Shown here: in pieces, positions 1 through 14,134 of the stretch
Numbering within the stretch: position 1 is the stretch's first letter
Layout of the letters: the number at the start of each line of letters is the position of its first letter
Assembly (NCBI GenBank): GCA_964618895.1
Contig: CAZUDO010000056.1
Span: 104,744-168,743, forward strand
Direction of reading: 5' to 3'
DNA length: 64,000 nucleotides
Source: an uncultured Candidatus Binatia bacterium
GTDB lineage: Bacteria; Desulfobacterota; Binatia; DP-6
Program-made: the position numbers and the translations under genes
The notes under the pieces: generated by a model
Told to the model about the DNA's origin: nothing
The model's input: only the letters and a program-made list of their open reading frames with translations
Databases searched by the model: none

Positions 1-281
1 CCAGGATCTGCAGGCACTGCACGATCGGGAGGCCGGCGTCGATCATGGTGGCGAACTGGCGTGTGAAGATGACCACATCGCGCGGCTTGATCGGGTTGCC
101 GATGGTGGGGATCGCGATCTCGTAGTCGAGCCCCTTGCCCTTTTCCTTGATGCGGTCGGCCTGCGGCTGGACGCGCTGGCTGCGCAGGCGGATGATCACC
201 GCCTCGCGGCTGGTGGCCTCCATCTCGCCCTTGAGCGTTTCGCCCTTCGGCGAGACGCCTTGCCACTTGTAGACGGCCATG
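1..281 (-). CDS. pilC: Type IV pilus inner-membrane platform protein PilC, N-terminal part (gene continues past window start)
   Basis: Reverse-complement translation of bases 1-281 reads MAVYKWQGVSPKGETLKGEMEATSREAVIIRLRSQRVQPQ...FTRQFATMIDAGLPIVQCLQIL, a typical PilC/GspF N-terminus; it lies 9 bp downstream of pilT on the same strand. Confidence 0.85.
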
Positions 282-290
282 CGTCCCTCC

Positions 291-1373
291 TCAGCCGACT
301 TTGCCGAGCTTCGACAGCCCGAGCATCTGGCGGACTTCGTCGAGTTCCGTGGCGTGCCCGATGGCCTCCTCGGGCGTGATCAGGTTGCGTTGCACGAGGT
401 TGACGAGCGCCTGACTCATCGTTTGCATGCCGAACTTCGTTTGTCCGACCTGCATCTGCGAGTAGACTTGGTGGATCTTCTCCTCGCGGATGAGGTTGCG
501 GATGGCGGGATTCGGGATCATCACCTCGCACGCGAGGGCGCGGCCGCGGCCATCGCGGCGCGGGATGAGCTGCTGCGAGACCACCCCCTGCAGCACCAGC
601 GAGAGCTGGGCGCGAACCTGCGATTGCTGGTGAGGCGGAAACACGTCGATCACGCGGTTGATGGTCTGCACCGCCGAGTTGGTATGCAGGGTGGAGAAGG
701 CCAGGTGGCCGGTCTCGGCGACGACCAGCGCCGACTCGATGGTCTCGAGGTCGCGCATTTCGCCGATGAGCACGATGTCGGGATCTTGCCGCAGCACGTG
801 CTTGAGGGCTTGCGAGAAGCTGGTCGTATCGGCGAAGACTTCGCGCTGGTTGACCACGCAGCCCTTGTGCTCGTGGACGAACTCGATCGGGTCTTCGACG
901 GTCACGATGTGCTCGTGACGTTCGCGGTTGACCTTGTCGACCATCGCGGCAAGAGTGGTGCTCTTGCCGCTGCCGGTGGGGCCTGTCACCAGCACCAGCC
1001 CGCGCGGGAGATCGCACAGCTCTGCCACCGACGGCGGCACCCCCAGCTGGCTCAGCTGCGGCGTCTGGTGTGGGATCATGCGGAAGGCACCGCCGACGCT
1101 GCCTTTTTGCAGGTAGAGGTTGCCGCGGAAGCGACTGGCCCCCTTGATGCCGAAGGAGAAGTCGAGCTCGCTGGCCTCCTCGAACTTCTTCTTCTGGGCC
1201 TCGGTCAGGAGGCTGTAGGTGAGGTTCTTGGTGTCGGTGGCGCTGAGCGGCGGATGGGCCAAGGCCACGAGCTCGCCGTGGAGCCGGATCATGGGCGGGC
1301 TCGCGGTGGTCAGGTGCAGGTCCGACGCCCCGCGCTCGAGCATCTCGCGCAGGAAGGCTTCGATGGACGGCAT
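291..1373 (-). CDS. pilT: Twitching-motility ATPase PilT
   Basis: MPSIEAFLREMLERGASDLHL..., Walker A GPTGSGKSTT, and the PilT-specific AIRNLIRE motif; the start is taken at the internal ATG (MPSIEAF) rather than the ORF-track extension. Confidence 0.9.
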   Translation of the reverse strand: MPSIEAFLREMLERGASDLHLTTASPPMIRLHGELVALAHPPLSATDTKNLTYSLLTEAQKKKFEEASELDFSFGIKGASRFRGNLYLQKGSVGGAFRMIPHQTPQLSQLGVPPSVAELCDLPRGLVLVTGPTGSGKSTTLAAMVDKVNRERHEHIVTVEDPIEFVHEHKGCVVNQREVFADTTSFSQALKHVLRQDPDIVLIGEMRDLETIESALVVAETGHLAFSTLHTNSAVQTINRVIDVFPPHQQSQVRAQLSLVLQGVVSQQLIPRRDGRGRALACEVMIPNPAIRNLIREEKIHQVYSQMQVGQTKFGMQTMSQALVNLVQRNLITPEEAIGHATELDEVRQMLGLSKLGKVG

Positions 1374-1496
1374 GGCGCAGGGGAGAGCAGGGGGCGTGCC
1401 AGGGTGTCCGCGCCGGCCCGCCGGCACCTCCGGCCCTCTGCGCCGTCAGCTTTGCGTCACGCCACCCCTTCGAGCAACACGATTGGAACAGATCCG

Positions 1497-1797
1497 TACA
1501 ACCCGACCCAAGACTTCGTCTCGGGTCGGGGCTCAAGATTGCCTGCCGGTGGAGAAGGCGAAGGCCGTGCCGCGGCCGGCGAAGCCGGCGCGGCAAACTT
1601 GGGATAGGACGGACAGAACGTCGGCGCCGCCGCCGACGACGTGTCTCCCGGTCTTCCCGGCCGGAGCGGATCCGCGGCGGCTACTGGTCCGCTCCGCTTT
1701 GCCGCGCCGGCTTTTGCCGGCCGCGGCACGGCCTTCGCCTTCTCCGCCGGCAGGCAATCTTGGGCCCCGACCCGAGACGAAGTCTTGGGTCGATCTC
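1497..1797. repeat. About 300-bp near-perfect palindromic (MITE-like) element with roughly 92-bp inverted-repeat arms, filling the pilT-pilB intergenic region
   Basis: Arm 1 (about 1505-1596) gacccaagacttcgtctcgggtcggggctcaagattgcctgccggtggagaaggcgaaggccgtgccgcggccggcgaagccggcgcggcaa is the reverse complement of arm 2 (about 1698-1790) with about 3 mismatches. The central roughly 100 bp contains an internal palindrome cgtcggcgccgccgccgacg. The element ends ...gtcttgggtcgatctc immediately before the pilB stop codon. Confidence 0.65.
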
Positions 1798-3479
<1,682 letters not shown>

Positions 3480-3483
<4 letters not shown>

Positions 3484-4445
3484 GGCAACGGAGGGCGGGG
3501 GCCCTGAAAAGTAGCGGCTGGGGTGAGCCCAGTCAACGGGAGGCCGGCGGCGCGCAGCGCCTGCGCCATGGCCGTCCGGGGCGCACGCCGGCCGGTCCAG
3601 GCCTCGAAGGCGAACGCCCCTTGGTGCAGGAGCATCGCGCTGCCGTCGAGCGTTCCGTAGCCGGCCCGCGCGGCGGCGGCCAGGAAGGGAGTCTGCCGCG
3701 GACCGTATACCAGGTCGACGAAGAGACATCCGCGCGGGGCGGCTGTGTACCGGATCGCCAGTTGTGCGCCAGCGAGGCCGAGCGGCGTAGTGTTCACGAC
3801 CACGGCGGCGTCCCGCAGGGCGTCCCCGCGGACCAGGGTGGCAAGCCCCACCGGCGCGACCTGCCGGACCCCAAGGCGGACGAGCCGGTCGGCGAGGGCG
3901 ACGGCGCGGGCGGGGGTTCGGTTGGCGATGACCAGGCGGAGGATCCCGCCACGTTGAAGCGCTACGGCGACGGCGCGCGCCGAGCCGCCGGCGCCGACGA
4001 CGACCGCGGTGCCCCCGCGCAGGTGCGTGCGACCGCGGATGGCGGCCAGAAAGCCCCGTCCGTCCGTATTGTCTCCCAGCATGCTGCCGTCGCGCCGGAA
4101 GACCACCGTGTTGACGGCGCCGATCCGCGCTGCCTCCGGCGTCAGGGTGTCGACCAGGGGCAGGGCGGCCTCCTTCAGGGGCACGGTGAGGTTGAGGCCC
4201 CCCATGGCGAGCGTCCGGGCCTCGGCGAGGGCAGCCGGTAGGGCAGAAACCGGAACGCGATAGCGCAGGTAGAGGTGTGGCAGCCTGGCGGCCGCAAAGG
4301 CGGCGTTGTGCATGGCGGGCGAGCACGAGTGCTCCACCGGGTCACCGAGGACCCCGAACAGTCGTGCCTGCTCACTGCGGACCACGTGTCGTCCCTTCCT
4401 GCGCGTAGGGGTCTCCAGTCGGCGCACCCCGCCGTCGCTCATCAT
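3480..4445 (-). CDS. aroE: Shikimate dehydrogenase
   Basis: LFGVLGDPVEHSCSPAMHNAAF, NLTVPLKE, GDNTDG and GAGGSARAV motifs; the stop overlaps the pilB start (ATGA). The true start may lie about 25 codons downstream of the annotated ATG. Confidence 0.8.
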
Positions 4446-4492
4446 CGGCCGGCAGGCGTCGGATCTTTAGCCCCGCCCGGGGGGCGAATGCG

Positions 4493-7267
<2,775 letters not shown>

Positions 7268-7305
7268 AGCGTCCTCCTCCCTCAGGTTGCGAGAAAAGCT
7301 GGACC

Positions 7306-8082
7306 CTAGCGGACGCGGCCTGGGGAATCAACGCGCGCTCGCGTGAGGAACGCGCGTGTCCGCAGCGGCGCGGAGGCGACGGCGCCGACGAGGCACTCGG
7401 TGACACTGGCAGCCTCCACGAGAGTGGACGGGGCCACGGCCGTGGCCCCGGCTTCCGCAAGCGGCCCGGAGACCAGACGCGCGAGTTCGCGCACGGTCGC
7501 GGCGGCGATCGGGCGCACGGATTCCTGCGGTGGAACGCATCGTCGACAGACGAGCCCGCTGCGTGTGAGCACGAGGTAGGCGGGGACAGTCCCAAGGTTC
7601 GCCCCGCATCCCCGGCAACGGTCGATCGTTGGCGCATATCCGGTCGCCGTCAGCAGGTGCAGCTCGAACGCCCGCAGCACGGGATCGAGCGAGGTGTCTC
7701 GGTCGAGCAGGGCCAGTGCGTCGTCGAGGAGCCGGAAAATCTCGCCACCGGACTCCCGGCCGAGGACCAAGCGGTCCACGAGCTCGAGAACGTAGCTGCC
7801 AGCCGCGAACCGATCCAAATCGCGCGTGAACCCGCGCAACACCGCCAGCAGCTCGCAGCGCACGAGGAAGGCGAGATCCGAGGAGGCGTGTGGACGGAAC
7901 ACCGCCCGTACCCGCACGAAGGGTTCCAGCGTTCCGGCGAAGCGCCTCCTCGAGTTCTTGGCGCCCTTCGCGATCCCGGTCACCTTGCCCTGCTGCTCGG
8001 TCAGCAGGGTGACGATCAGGTCGGACTCTCCGTAGGCCCGGGTCCTCAGGACGAAGGCCGGGCTGGTGATCTCGGTGTGCAC
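7306..8082 (-). CDS. recO: DNA repair protein RecO
   Basis: N-terminal OB-fold motif [47 protein letters not shown] and a C-terminal zinc-binding CRGCGANLG...CRRC. Confidence 0.85.
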   Translation of the reverse strand: MHTEITSPAFVLRTRAYGESDLIVTLLTEQQGKVTGIAKGAKNSRRRFAGTLEPFVRVRAVFRPHASSDLAFLVRCELLAVLRGFTRDLDRFAAGSYVLELVDRLVLGRESGGEIFRLLDDALALLDRDTSLDPVLRAFELHLLTATGYAPTIDRCRGCGANLGTVPAYLVLTRSGLVCRRCVPPQESVRPIAAATVRELARLVSGPLAEAGATAVAPSTLVEAASVTECLVGAVASAPLRTRAFLTRARVDSPGRVR

Positions 8083-8140
8083 GCGGCCTCGCTCAGGGGG
8101 GTACCACCCGTTTCTTTGACGTACAACCTTGACAAACGTG

Positions 8141-8176
8141 GTTTGGGTTCCTAGCTACTCGCGGCCTGCCGGACGA
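8141..8176 (+). promoter_or_regulatory. Candidate promoter for the grpE-dnaK-dnaJ operon (-35 TTGACA, 17-bp spacer, -10 TAGCTA)
   Basis: ccttgacaaacgtggtttgggttcctagctact lies about 30 bp upstream of the grpE GTG/ATG. There is no convincing CIRCE inverted repeat and no clear sigma-32 -10 box. Confidence 0.3.
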
Positions 8177-8201
8177 TGTCTGTGGGCACGGGACGATTTC
8201 G

Positions 8202-8789
8202 ATGGTGGATAGCGGGGATAGCACCAAAGAGCCGGGGCAGGCCGGGGGGCAGTCCTCTCCTCCCGACGACCCGGGGGCTCGGGTGTGGGAACTCGAGAAG
8301 GAGCTGGAGGCCGTACGAGACGAGGCGCGTCAGAGCCAGGAGCGCTGGTTACGCGAGCGTGCCGATCTCGAGAACGTAAAGAAGCGTGCCGCCAAGGAGC
8401 GGGTCGACACGATCCGCTACGCCAACGAGACGGTACTCCGCGATCTCCTCTCCGTCGTCGACAACCTCGAACGGGCCGTCGACCATGCGCGCGGGGGGGG
8501 GAACGGGAAGCCGCTGATCGACGGGGTCGAGCTGGTGCTCAAGTCGCTCCTCGACGTGCTCGAGCGCCACGGGGTCACGCGCTTGCAGGCCAAGGGTGCC
8601 CGCTTCGACCCGGCCCACCACGAGGCCATGGCTCACGTCGAGACCGGCGAACACGAGCCCAACTCGGTCGTCGAGGAGCACCAGCCGGGGTACCGCCTGA
8701 ACGAGCGGCTCCTCCGGCCGGCCCTGGTCAGTGTCGCGAAGGCGCCGGGCGGCACCCCCAAAGTTGCCAAGGATGGCGACCGTGATTAA
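8202..8789 (+). CDS. grpE: Nucleotide exchange factor GrpE
   Basis: Coiled-coil N-terminus; RERADLENVKKRAAKERVD and RAVDHARG motifs; a C-terminal beta-domain; located immediately upstream of dnaK. Confidence 0.9.
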   Translation: MVDSGDSTKEPGQAGGQSSPPDDPGARVWELEKELEAVRDEARQSQERWLRERADLENVKKRAAKERVDTIRYANETVLRDLLSVVDNLERAVDHARGGGNGKPLIDGVELVLKSLLDVLERHGVTRLQAKGARFDPAHHEAMAHVETGEHEPNSVVEEHQPGYRLNERLLRPALVSVAKAPGGTPKVAKDGDRD

Positions 8790-8813
8790 CAGCCGCGAAG
8801 GAGAAACCCCGGA

Positions 8814-10730
8814 ATGGCTAAAGTAATTGGAATCGACTTGGGCACGACCAACTCGTGTGTCTCAGTCATGGAGGCGGGCGATCCGGTCGTGATCACGAAC
8901 GCGGAGGGGAGTCGTATCACGCCGTCGGCGGTCGCCTTCACCGACAGCGGCGAACGCCTGGTGGGGCAGATCGCTCGGCGGCAGGCGATCACCAACCCCG
9001 AGAACACGATCTTTGCCATCAAGCGCCTGATCGGCCGCCGGTTCGACGATGTAGAGGTCCAGCGTGCGATGAAGAACCTCCCCTACAAGATCGTCCGGGC
9101 GGACAACGGCGACGCGTGGGTGGAGATCAAGGGCAAGAAGTACAGCCCCGCCGAGATCTCGGCGTTCATCCTGCAGAAGATGCGTCAGACCGCCGAGGAC
9201 CACCTCGGGGAGAAGATCACCGAAGCGGTGGTCACGGTCCCGGCGTACTTCAACGACAGCCAGCGCAATGCCACCAAAGACGCCGGCAAGATCGCCGGTC
9301 TCAACGTCCTGCGCATCATCAACGAGCCGACCGCCGCGTCGCTGGCGTACGGTCTCGACAAGAAGAAGGACGAGAAGATCGCCGTCTTCGATCTGGGCGG
9401 CGGCACGTTCGACATCTCCATCCTCGAGATCGGCGACGGCGTGTTCGAGGTGAAGGCCACCAACGGCGACACGTTCCTCGGCGGCGAGGACTTCGACCAG
9501 CATGTGATCGATTACCTGGCCGACGAGTTCAAGAAAGACCAGGGCATCGACCTGCGCAAGGATCGCATGGCGCTCCAGCGCCTCAAGGAGGCCGCCGAGA
9601 AGGCCAAATGTGAGCTCTCCAGCGCAATGGAGACCGATATCAACCTGCCCTTCGTCACCGCGGATCAGGCCGGGCCCAAGCACCTCAACATGAAGCTGAC
9701 CCGCTCGAAGCTCGAGGCGCTGTGCGCCGACCTGCTCGATCGTCTCGAGACCCCGTGTGTGACGGCCCTCAAGGACGCCGGCCTGTCGACCAAGGACATC
9801 GACGAGGTCGTCCTTGTCGGGGGCATGACGCGCATGCCGGCCGTCCAGGCGCGCGTGAAGAAGCTCTTCAACAAGGAACCCCACCGCGGAGTCAATCCCG
9901 ACGAGGTCGTGGCCATCGGGGCCTCCATTCAGGGCGCGGTCCTGAAGGGGGAAGTGAAAGACGTCCTGTTGCTCGATGTGACCCCGCTGTCGCTCGGCAT
10001 CGAAACCCTCGGTGGCGTGTTCACCAAGCTGATCGAGAAGAACACCACCATTCCCACGCGCAAGGGCCAGGTGTTCTCGACCGCGGCCGACAACCAGTCG
10101 GCGGTCACCATCCGCGTGTTCCAGGGTGAACGTGAAATGGCGGCGGATAACAAGCTCCTCGGGCAGTTCGATCTCGTGGGGATTCCTCCGGCGCCGCGGG
10201 GGATGCCCCAGGTCGAAGTCACGTTCGATATCGACGCGAATGGCATCGTCCACGTTGGGGCCAAGGACCTGGGCACCGGCAAGGAGCAGTCGATCCAGAT
10301 CACCGCCTCCAGCGGCCTCTCCAAAGACGAAGTGGACCGGATGGTGGGAGAAGCCGCCTCGCACGCCGACGATGACAAGAAACGGCGTGAAGTGGCCGAC
10401 GCGCGGAACCATCTCGACGGGCTCGTCTACCAGACCGAGAAGACGCTGGCCGAGCACGGCGGATCGCTCGATGCCGCTGCCAAGGGAGCCGTCGAGAACG
10501 CGCTGGCGGATGCGAAGAAGGCGCTCGAGTCGTCGGACGCGGCGCAGATGCGGAGCGCCACCGATACGCTGTCGCGTGCGTCCCACAAGCTCGCCGAGGC
10601 GATGTACGCCAAAGCGTCCAAGGGGCAGGCGAGCGCCGAGCCGTCCTCCGGCGATCGGGCTGGCAGCGATGGCGAGGGCAAGGGCAAAGACGATGTCGTC
10701 GAGGCGGAGTTCGAGGAAGTGAAAGACTGA
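8814..10730 (+). CDS. dnaK: Molecular chaperone DnaK (Hsp70)
   Basis: [49 protein letters not shown] and the C-terminal EEVKD tail. Confidence 0.97.
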   Translation: MAKVIGIDLGTTNSCVSVMEAGDPVVITNAEGSRITPSAVAFTDSGERLVGQIARRQAITNPENTIFAIKRLIGRRFDDVEVQRAMKNLPYKIVRADNGDAWVEIKGKKYSPAEISAFILQKMRQTAEDHLGEKITEAVVTVPAYFNDSQRNATKDAGKIAGLNVLRIINEPTAASLAYGLDKKKDEKIAVFDLGGGTFDISILEIGDGVFEVKATNGDTFLGGEDFDQHVIDYLADEFKKDQGIDLRKDRMALQRLKEAAEKAKCELSSAMETDINLPFVTADQAGPKHLNMKLTRSKLEALCADLLDRLETPCVTALKDAGLSTKDIDEVVLVGGMTRMPAVQARVKKLFNKEPHRGVNPDEVVAIGASIQGAVLKGEVKDVLLLDVTPLSLGIETLGGVFTKLIEKNTTIPTRKGQVFSTAADNQSAVTIRVFQGEREMAADNKLLGQFDLVGIPPAPRGMPQVEVTFDIDANGIVHVGAKDLGTGKEQSIQITASSGLSKDEVDRMVGEAASHADDDKKRREVADARNHLDGLVYQTEKTLAEHGGSLDAAAKGAVENALADAKKALESSDAAQMRSATDTLSRASHKLAEAMYAKASKGQASAEPSSGDRAGSDGEGKGKDDVVEAEFEEVKD

Positions 10731-10783
10731 GCGGCAACGGAGCGTCGGTTCGTTGCGCGCGCATGACGCACGGAGTAGAGGAG

Positions 10784-10814
10784 CCCTCACCCGCATGGCA
10801 GGTGGGGGCTTTTT
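10784..10814 (+). terminator. Hairpin plus U-tract between dnaK and dnaJ; it also sequesters the dnaJ Shine-Dalgarno sequence (attenuator or RNA-thermometer candidate)
   Basis: CCCTCACC-cgcatggca-GGTGGGGG (8-bp stem with one G-U wobble) is followed by cTTTTT. The GGTGGGGG arm is the only plausible RBS for the dnaJ ATG at 10821. Confidence 0.45.
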
Positions 10815-10820
10815 CGTCCC

Positions 10821-11933
10821 ATGAAGCGCGACTACTATCAGGTGCTCGAAGTGGCGCGGGGCGCTACCGATGATGAGATCAAGAAAGCTTATCGTCAGCT
10901 CGCGATCAAGTGGCATCCCGACAAGAACCCCGACAATCGACACGAAGCCGAGGAGCGCTTCAAGGAGCTGAGCGAGGCGTATCAGGTTCTATCGGATTCC
11001 GAGCGGCGCGCGATGTACGATCGCTTTGGGCACGCCGCGTTCGAGCAGGGCGGCCCCGGTGCCGGGTTCGACTTCACGGCCGGGTTCGAAGATATCATCG
11101 GCGATCTCTTCGGCGACTTCTTCGGGACGGGGCGAACGCGGGGTGGGCGACCGCGCGCGCGGCGCGGGCAAGACCTGCGCTACGAGCTCGAGGTCACTTT
11201 CGAAGAGGCGGCCTTCGGATGCGAGAAAACGCTCACCATCCCGCAGCTTGCGCCCTGCCACACGTGTGAGGGGCGTGGGGCCAAGCCGGGCACGGCGCCG
11301 CGCACCTGTCCGCAGTGCCGTGGCTCCGGCCAGGTCCGATTCCAACAGGGGTTCTTCTCGATCGCCAAGACGTGCGGACACTGCAACGGTCAGGGGACGA
11401 TCATCGCCAACCCCTGTCCCACCTGTGGGGGTTCCGGGGCGGAACGTCGGGATCACCAACTGAACCTCAAGATCCCACCTGGCGTGGACACGGGCTCGCG
11501 GCTCAAGCTCCGAGGCGAGGGTGAGGCGGGAACGGGTGGAGGGCCCGGAGGCGACCTCTACGTCGTCCTTCAGGTGCGCGAGCATCCGTTGTTCACGCGC
11601 GATGGCACCGACATCGTGTGCGAGGTCCCGGTCAGGTTCGTGGCTGCCGCGCTGGGGACGGAGATCGATGTGCCCACGCTCGACGGTCCCGCCAAGGTCA
11701 AGGTTCCGGCGGGTACGCAGTCCGGGCAGATATTCAAGCTGAAGGGCCGCGGGGTTCCGGAGCTCAGCGGATATGGCCGGGGGGATGAGCTGGTGCGGAT
11801 CGTGGTCGAGACCCCGCGCAAGCTCTCGGCCCGCCAGCGCGAGCTGTTGGAAGAGTTCGCCCGTATCTCCGGTGAAGAGGTGCACCCCCTCTCGAAGAGC
11901 TTTCTCGAGAAGGTGAAGTCGATGTTGGGTTAG
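10821..11933 (+). CDS. dnaJ: Molecular chaperone DnaJ (Hsp40)
   Basis: J-domain with HPDKNP; a G/F-rich region; four CxxCxGxG zinc-finger repeats ([32 protein letters not shown]). Confidence 0.95.
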   Translation: MKRDYYQVLEVARGATDDEIKKAYRQLAIKWHPDKNPDNRHEAEERFKELSEAYQVLSDSERRAMYDRFGHAAFEQGGPGAGFDFTAGFEDIIGDLFGDFFGTGRTRGGRPRARRGQDLRYELEVTFEEAAFGCEKTLTIPQLAPCHTCEGRGAKPGTAPRTCPQCRGSGQVRFQQGFFSIAKTCGHCNGQGTIIANPCPTCGGSGAERRDHQLNLKIPPGVDTGSRLKLRGEGEAGTGGGPGGDLYVVLQVREHPLFTRDGTDIVCEVPVRFVAAALGTEIDVPTLDGPAKVKVPAGTQSGQIFKLKGRGVPELSGYGRGDELVRIVVETPRKLSARQRELLEEFARISGEEVHPLSKSFLEKVKSMLG

Positions 11934-11934
11934 C

Positions 11935-12885
11935 GTGCGGCGCCTCCGCGACCTCGGGGAGCATGCCTGGCTACGGCGGCTCATCCGGCGCCTGGGGGCG
12001 CTTCCACGAGATCGCGTTCTGGTCGGTCCCGGGGACGATGCGGCGGTGCTGCGGTGTGGTCGAGGCCCCGTCCTGATCACCACGGATACGCTGGTCGAGG
12101 ACGTGCATTTCCGACGCAGGTGGCTGACGCCGGCGGCGCTCGGCGAGCGGCTGTTCGGCGCCAACGCGAGCGACGTGGCGGCCATGGGGGGCGTACCGAC
12201 GTTCGCGGTGCTGGCGGTCGAGGCTCCCCGGTCCACCAGCGTCGCGGATCTGGATGCTCTCGTGCTGGGGTTCGCTCGCGCCGCACGCCGCGCCGGCGCG
12301 CACCTGGTCGGGGGCAACGTGACATCGGGCCGCCGGCTCGCCGTCACCGCCACGCTGCTCGGGGAGGCCCGCGGCCAGATTGTCCGGCGGAGCGGGGCTC
12401 GGGCGGGTGACGTGGTCGTCGTCACCGGAACCTTGGGTGGCGCGGGATTCGCGGTGCGGCGGTTGCGGGCCGGCCGTCCCGCACGTCTGGCGCCGCCGCC
12501 TCTCCGCCTGCGCGCGGCGCAGGTGCTTGCCCGCGTCGCCCATGCGATGATCGACGTGAGTGACGGTGTGGTCCAGGACCTCGGCCATCTCTGCCGGGCG
12601 AGCGGTGTGGCCGCCGAACTGGACCTACCGCGTCTCCCGGTGGCACTGCGGTGTCGGCGTGCGCTCGGCAGCCGCGCGGCTCGCTTCGCGGCAACCGCCG
12701 GAGAGGACTACGAGCTCCTGGCGGCGGTTCCCCCGTCGGCGTTGCGATACCTGGCGCGTCAGCGGATGGGCTGTCGCGTAACTCCCATCGGCCGCGTCGT
12801 GGTGGGGCGGCCGGAGGTCCGCCTCCTCGATCGCGCCGGTCGGCGCGTGCGGGTCGGCCGAGCCGGGTACGACCACTTCCGATGA
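11935..12885 (+). CDS. thiL: Thiamine-monophosphate kinase
   Basis: GDDAAVL, DTLVEDVHF, GANASDVAAMGG and DVSDG motifs of the AIR-synthase-related ThiL family; GTG start 1 bp after the dnaJ stop. Confidence 0.8.
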   Translation: MRRLRDLGEHAWLRRLIRRLGALPRDRVLVGPGDDAAVLRCGRGPVLITTDTLVEDVHFRRRWLTPAALGERLFGANASDVAAMGGVPTFAVLAVEAPRSTSVADLDALVLGFARAARRAGAHLVGGNVTSGRRLAVTATLLGEARGQIVRRSGARAGDVVVVTGTLGGAGFAVRRLRAGRPARLAPPPLRLRAAQVLARVAHAMIDVSDGVVQDLGHLCRASGVAAELDLPRLPVALRCRRALGSRAARFAATAGEDYELLAAVPPSALRYLARQRMGCRVTPIGRVVVGRPEVRLLDRAGRRVRVGRAGYDHFR

Positions 12886-12898
12886 AAGCCGCGCGCCC

Positions 12899-13367
12899 AT
12901 GCGCGTGACGCTCGTCGCGGCCGTGGTCGCCGCGCTGGTTCCGCTCGGCATGCGCGCCGCCGAGGTGTTCCGCGAGCTGCGCCGGCGCAAGGTTCACCTC
13001 GCGATGGTGGTCGACGAGTACGGGGGGGGCGGTCGGTTTGGTGACCGTCGAGGACGTCGTCGAGGAGATTGTCGGCGAGATCGAGGACGAATATGATGCC
13101 CCACGCGACCTCTACCGACGTCTCGCCCCGGGCCTCTTCGCGGTGAGCGCCCGGGCCCCGGTGGCCGAGGTGAATGAACGATTCGGCTGGAATCTCCCGC
13201 ACGGCGAGTACGAGACCATCGGCGGACTCGTACTCGAACGCCTCGGCCACGTCCCCAAGCCCGGGGACGGCGTCCGGGCTGGCCGCGTGGAGATCGTGGT
13301 CAGCCGTGCCAGTGCCCGCGCGGTGCAGGAAGTCCGCGTCCAGGAACGTCGCATGAACAGGCGCTGA
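12899..13367 (+). pseudogene. C-terminal remnant of a CBS-pair/CorC_HlyC (TlyC/CorC family) gene, frameshifted at a poly-G tract
   Basis: Frame 2 gives ...RKVHLAMVVDEYGG, and frame 0 then continues ...VTVEDVVEEIVGEIEDEYD plus the CorC_HlyC domain (LVLERLGHVPKPGDGV...). The frames switch at an 8-G run (13022-13029). There is no DUF21 or first CBS region upstream, because thiL ends 14 bp before. Confidence 0.55.
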
Positions 13368-13369
13368 CG

Positions 13370-14134
13370 ATGGATCGCCGACAGCTCGCCGACCTTCTCG
13401 CCGCCGTGCGTAGCGGCGCCTGCTCGATCGACGATGCCCTGGCCCGCCTGCGCGACCTGCCGTTCGAGGACATCGACTTTGCCAAGATCGATCACCATCG
13501 CGCGCTGCGCAACGGTTTTCCCGAAGCCGTGCTCGGTGAAGGCAAGAGCCCCGAGCAGGTGATCGCGATCGCCCGCCGCATGGCGGCGGGCGACGTGGCG
13601 GTGCTCGTCACCCGGCTCGGCCCCGAGGTGGGAGCGCAGCTCGTCGCGGCCGTGCCGGGCTTCGCCTATCATGCGATTCCCCGACTCGCGGTGCGCCCGG
13701 GGCCGGCACGGGAGCCGGTCGGATCCGGGACGGTCCTGGTCGTCTCGGCGGGCACGGCCGACCTCCCCGTGGCCGAGGAAGCCGCCCTCGCCGCCGAGTT
13801 CATGGGCAACCGTGTCGGTCGGCTGTTCGACGTGGGCGTGGCGGGCATTCACCGCTTGCTCGAGCGGCGGGAACTCCTGTGGGAAGCGGCCGTGCTGATC
13901 GTCGTGGCGGGGATGGAGGGGGCGCTCCCGAGCGTCATCGGCGGACTCGTCGATCGCCCCGTCATCGCCGTGCCGACCAGCGTCGGGTACGGGACCAGCA
14001 TGGGCGGACTGGCCGCCCTTCTTGGCATGCTCAACACGTGTGCGGCGGGCGTGGTGGTCGTCAACATCGACAATGGCTTCGGCGCGGCCGCAGCGGCCAC
14101 GCGGATCACACAGGCGGGGAGGGCTGACCTATGA
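13370..14134 (+). CDS. larB: Nickel-pincer cofactor biosynthesis protein LarB (PurE-like pyridinium-3,5-biscarboxylic acid mononucleotide synthase)
   Basis: KIDHHRALRNGFPEAVLGEGK, GNRVGRLFDVGVAGIHRL and VVAGMEGALPSVIGGLVDRPVIAVPTSVGYGT match LarB signature regions closely. Confidence 0.85.
   Translation: MDRRQLADLLAAVRSGACSIDDALARLRDLPFEDIDFAKIDHHRALRNGFPEAVLGEGKSPEQVIAIARRMAAGDVAVLVTRLGPEVGAQLVAAVPGFAYHAIPRLAVRPGPAREPVGSGTVLVVSAGTADLPVAEEAALAAEFMGNRVGRLFDVGVAGIHRLLERRELLWEAAVLIVVAGMEGALPSVIGGLVDRPVIAVPTSVGYGTSMGGLAALLGMLNTCAAGVVVVNIDNGFGAAAAATRITQAGRADL

Noticed and set aside
196-1596. 466-aa minus-strand ORF spanning the pilC/pilT region in another frame
   Set aside because: It overlaps the bona fide PilT and PilC frames; Arg/Pro-rich composition; no motifs.
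8083-8201. CIRCE / sigma-32 heat-shock control element upstream of grpE-dnaK
   Set aside because: No TTAGCACTC-N9-GAGTGCTAA-like inverted repeat and no CCCCATNT -10 box could be found; only a generic TTGACA-N17-TAGCTA promoter candidate is supportable.
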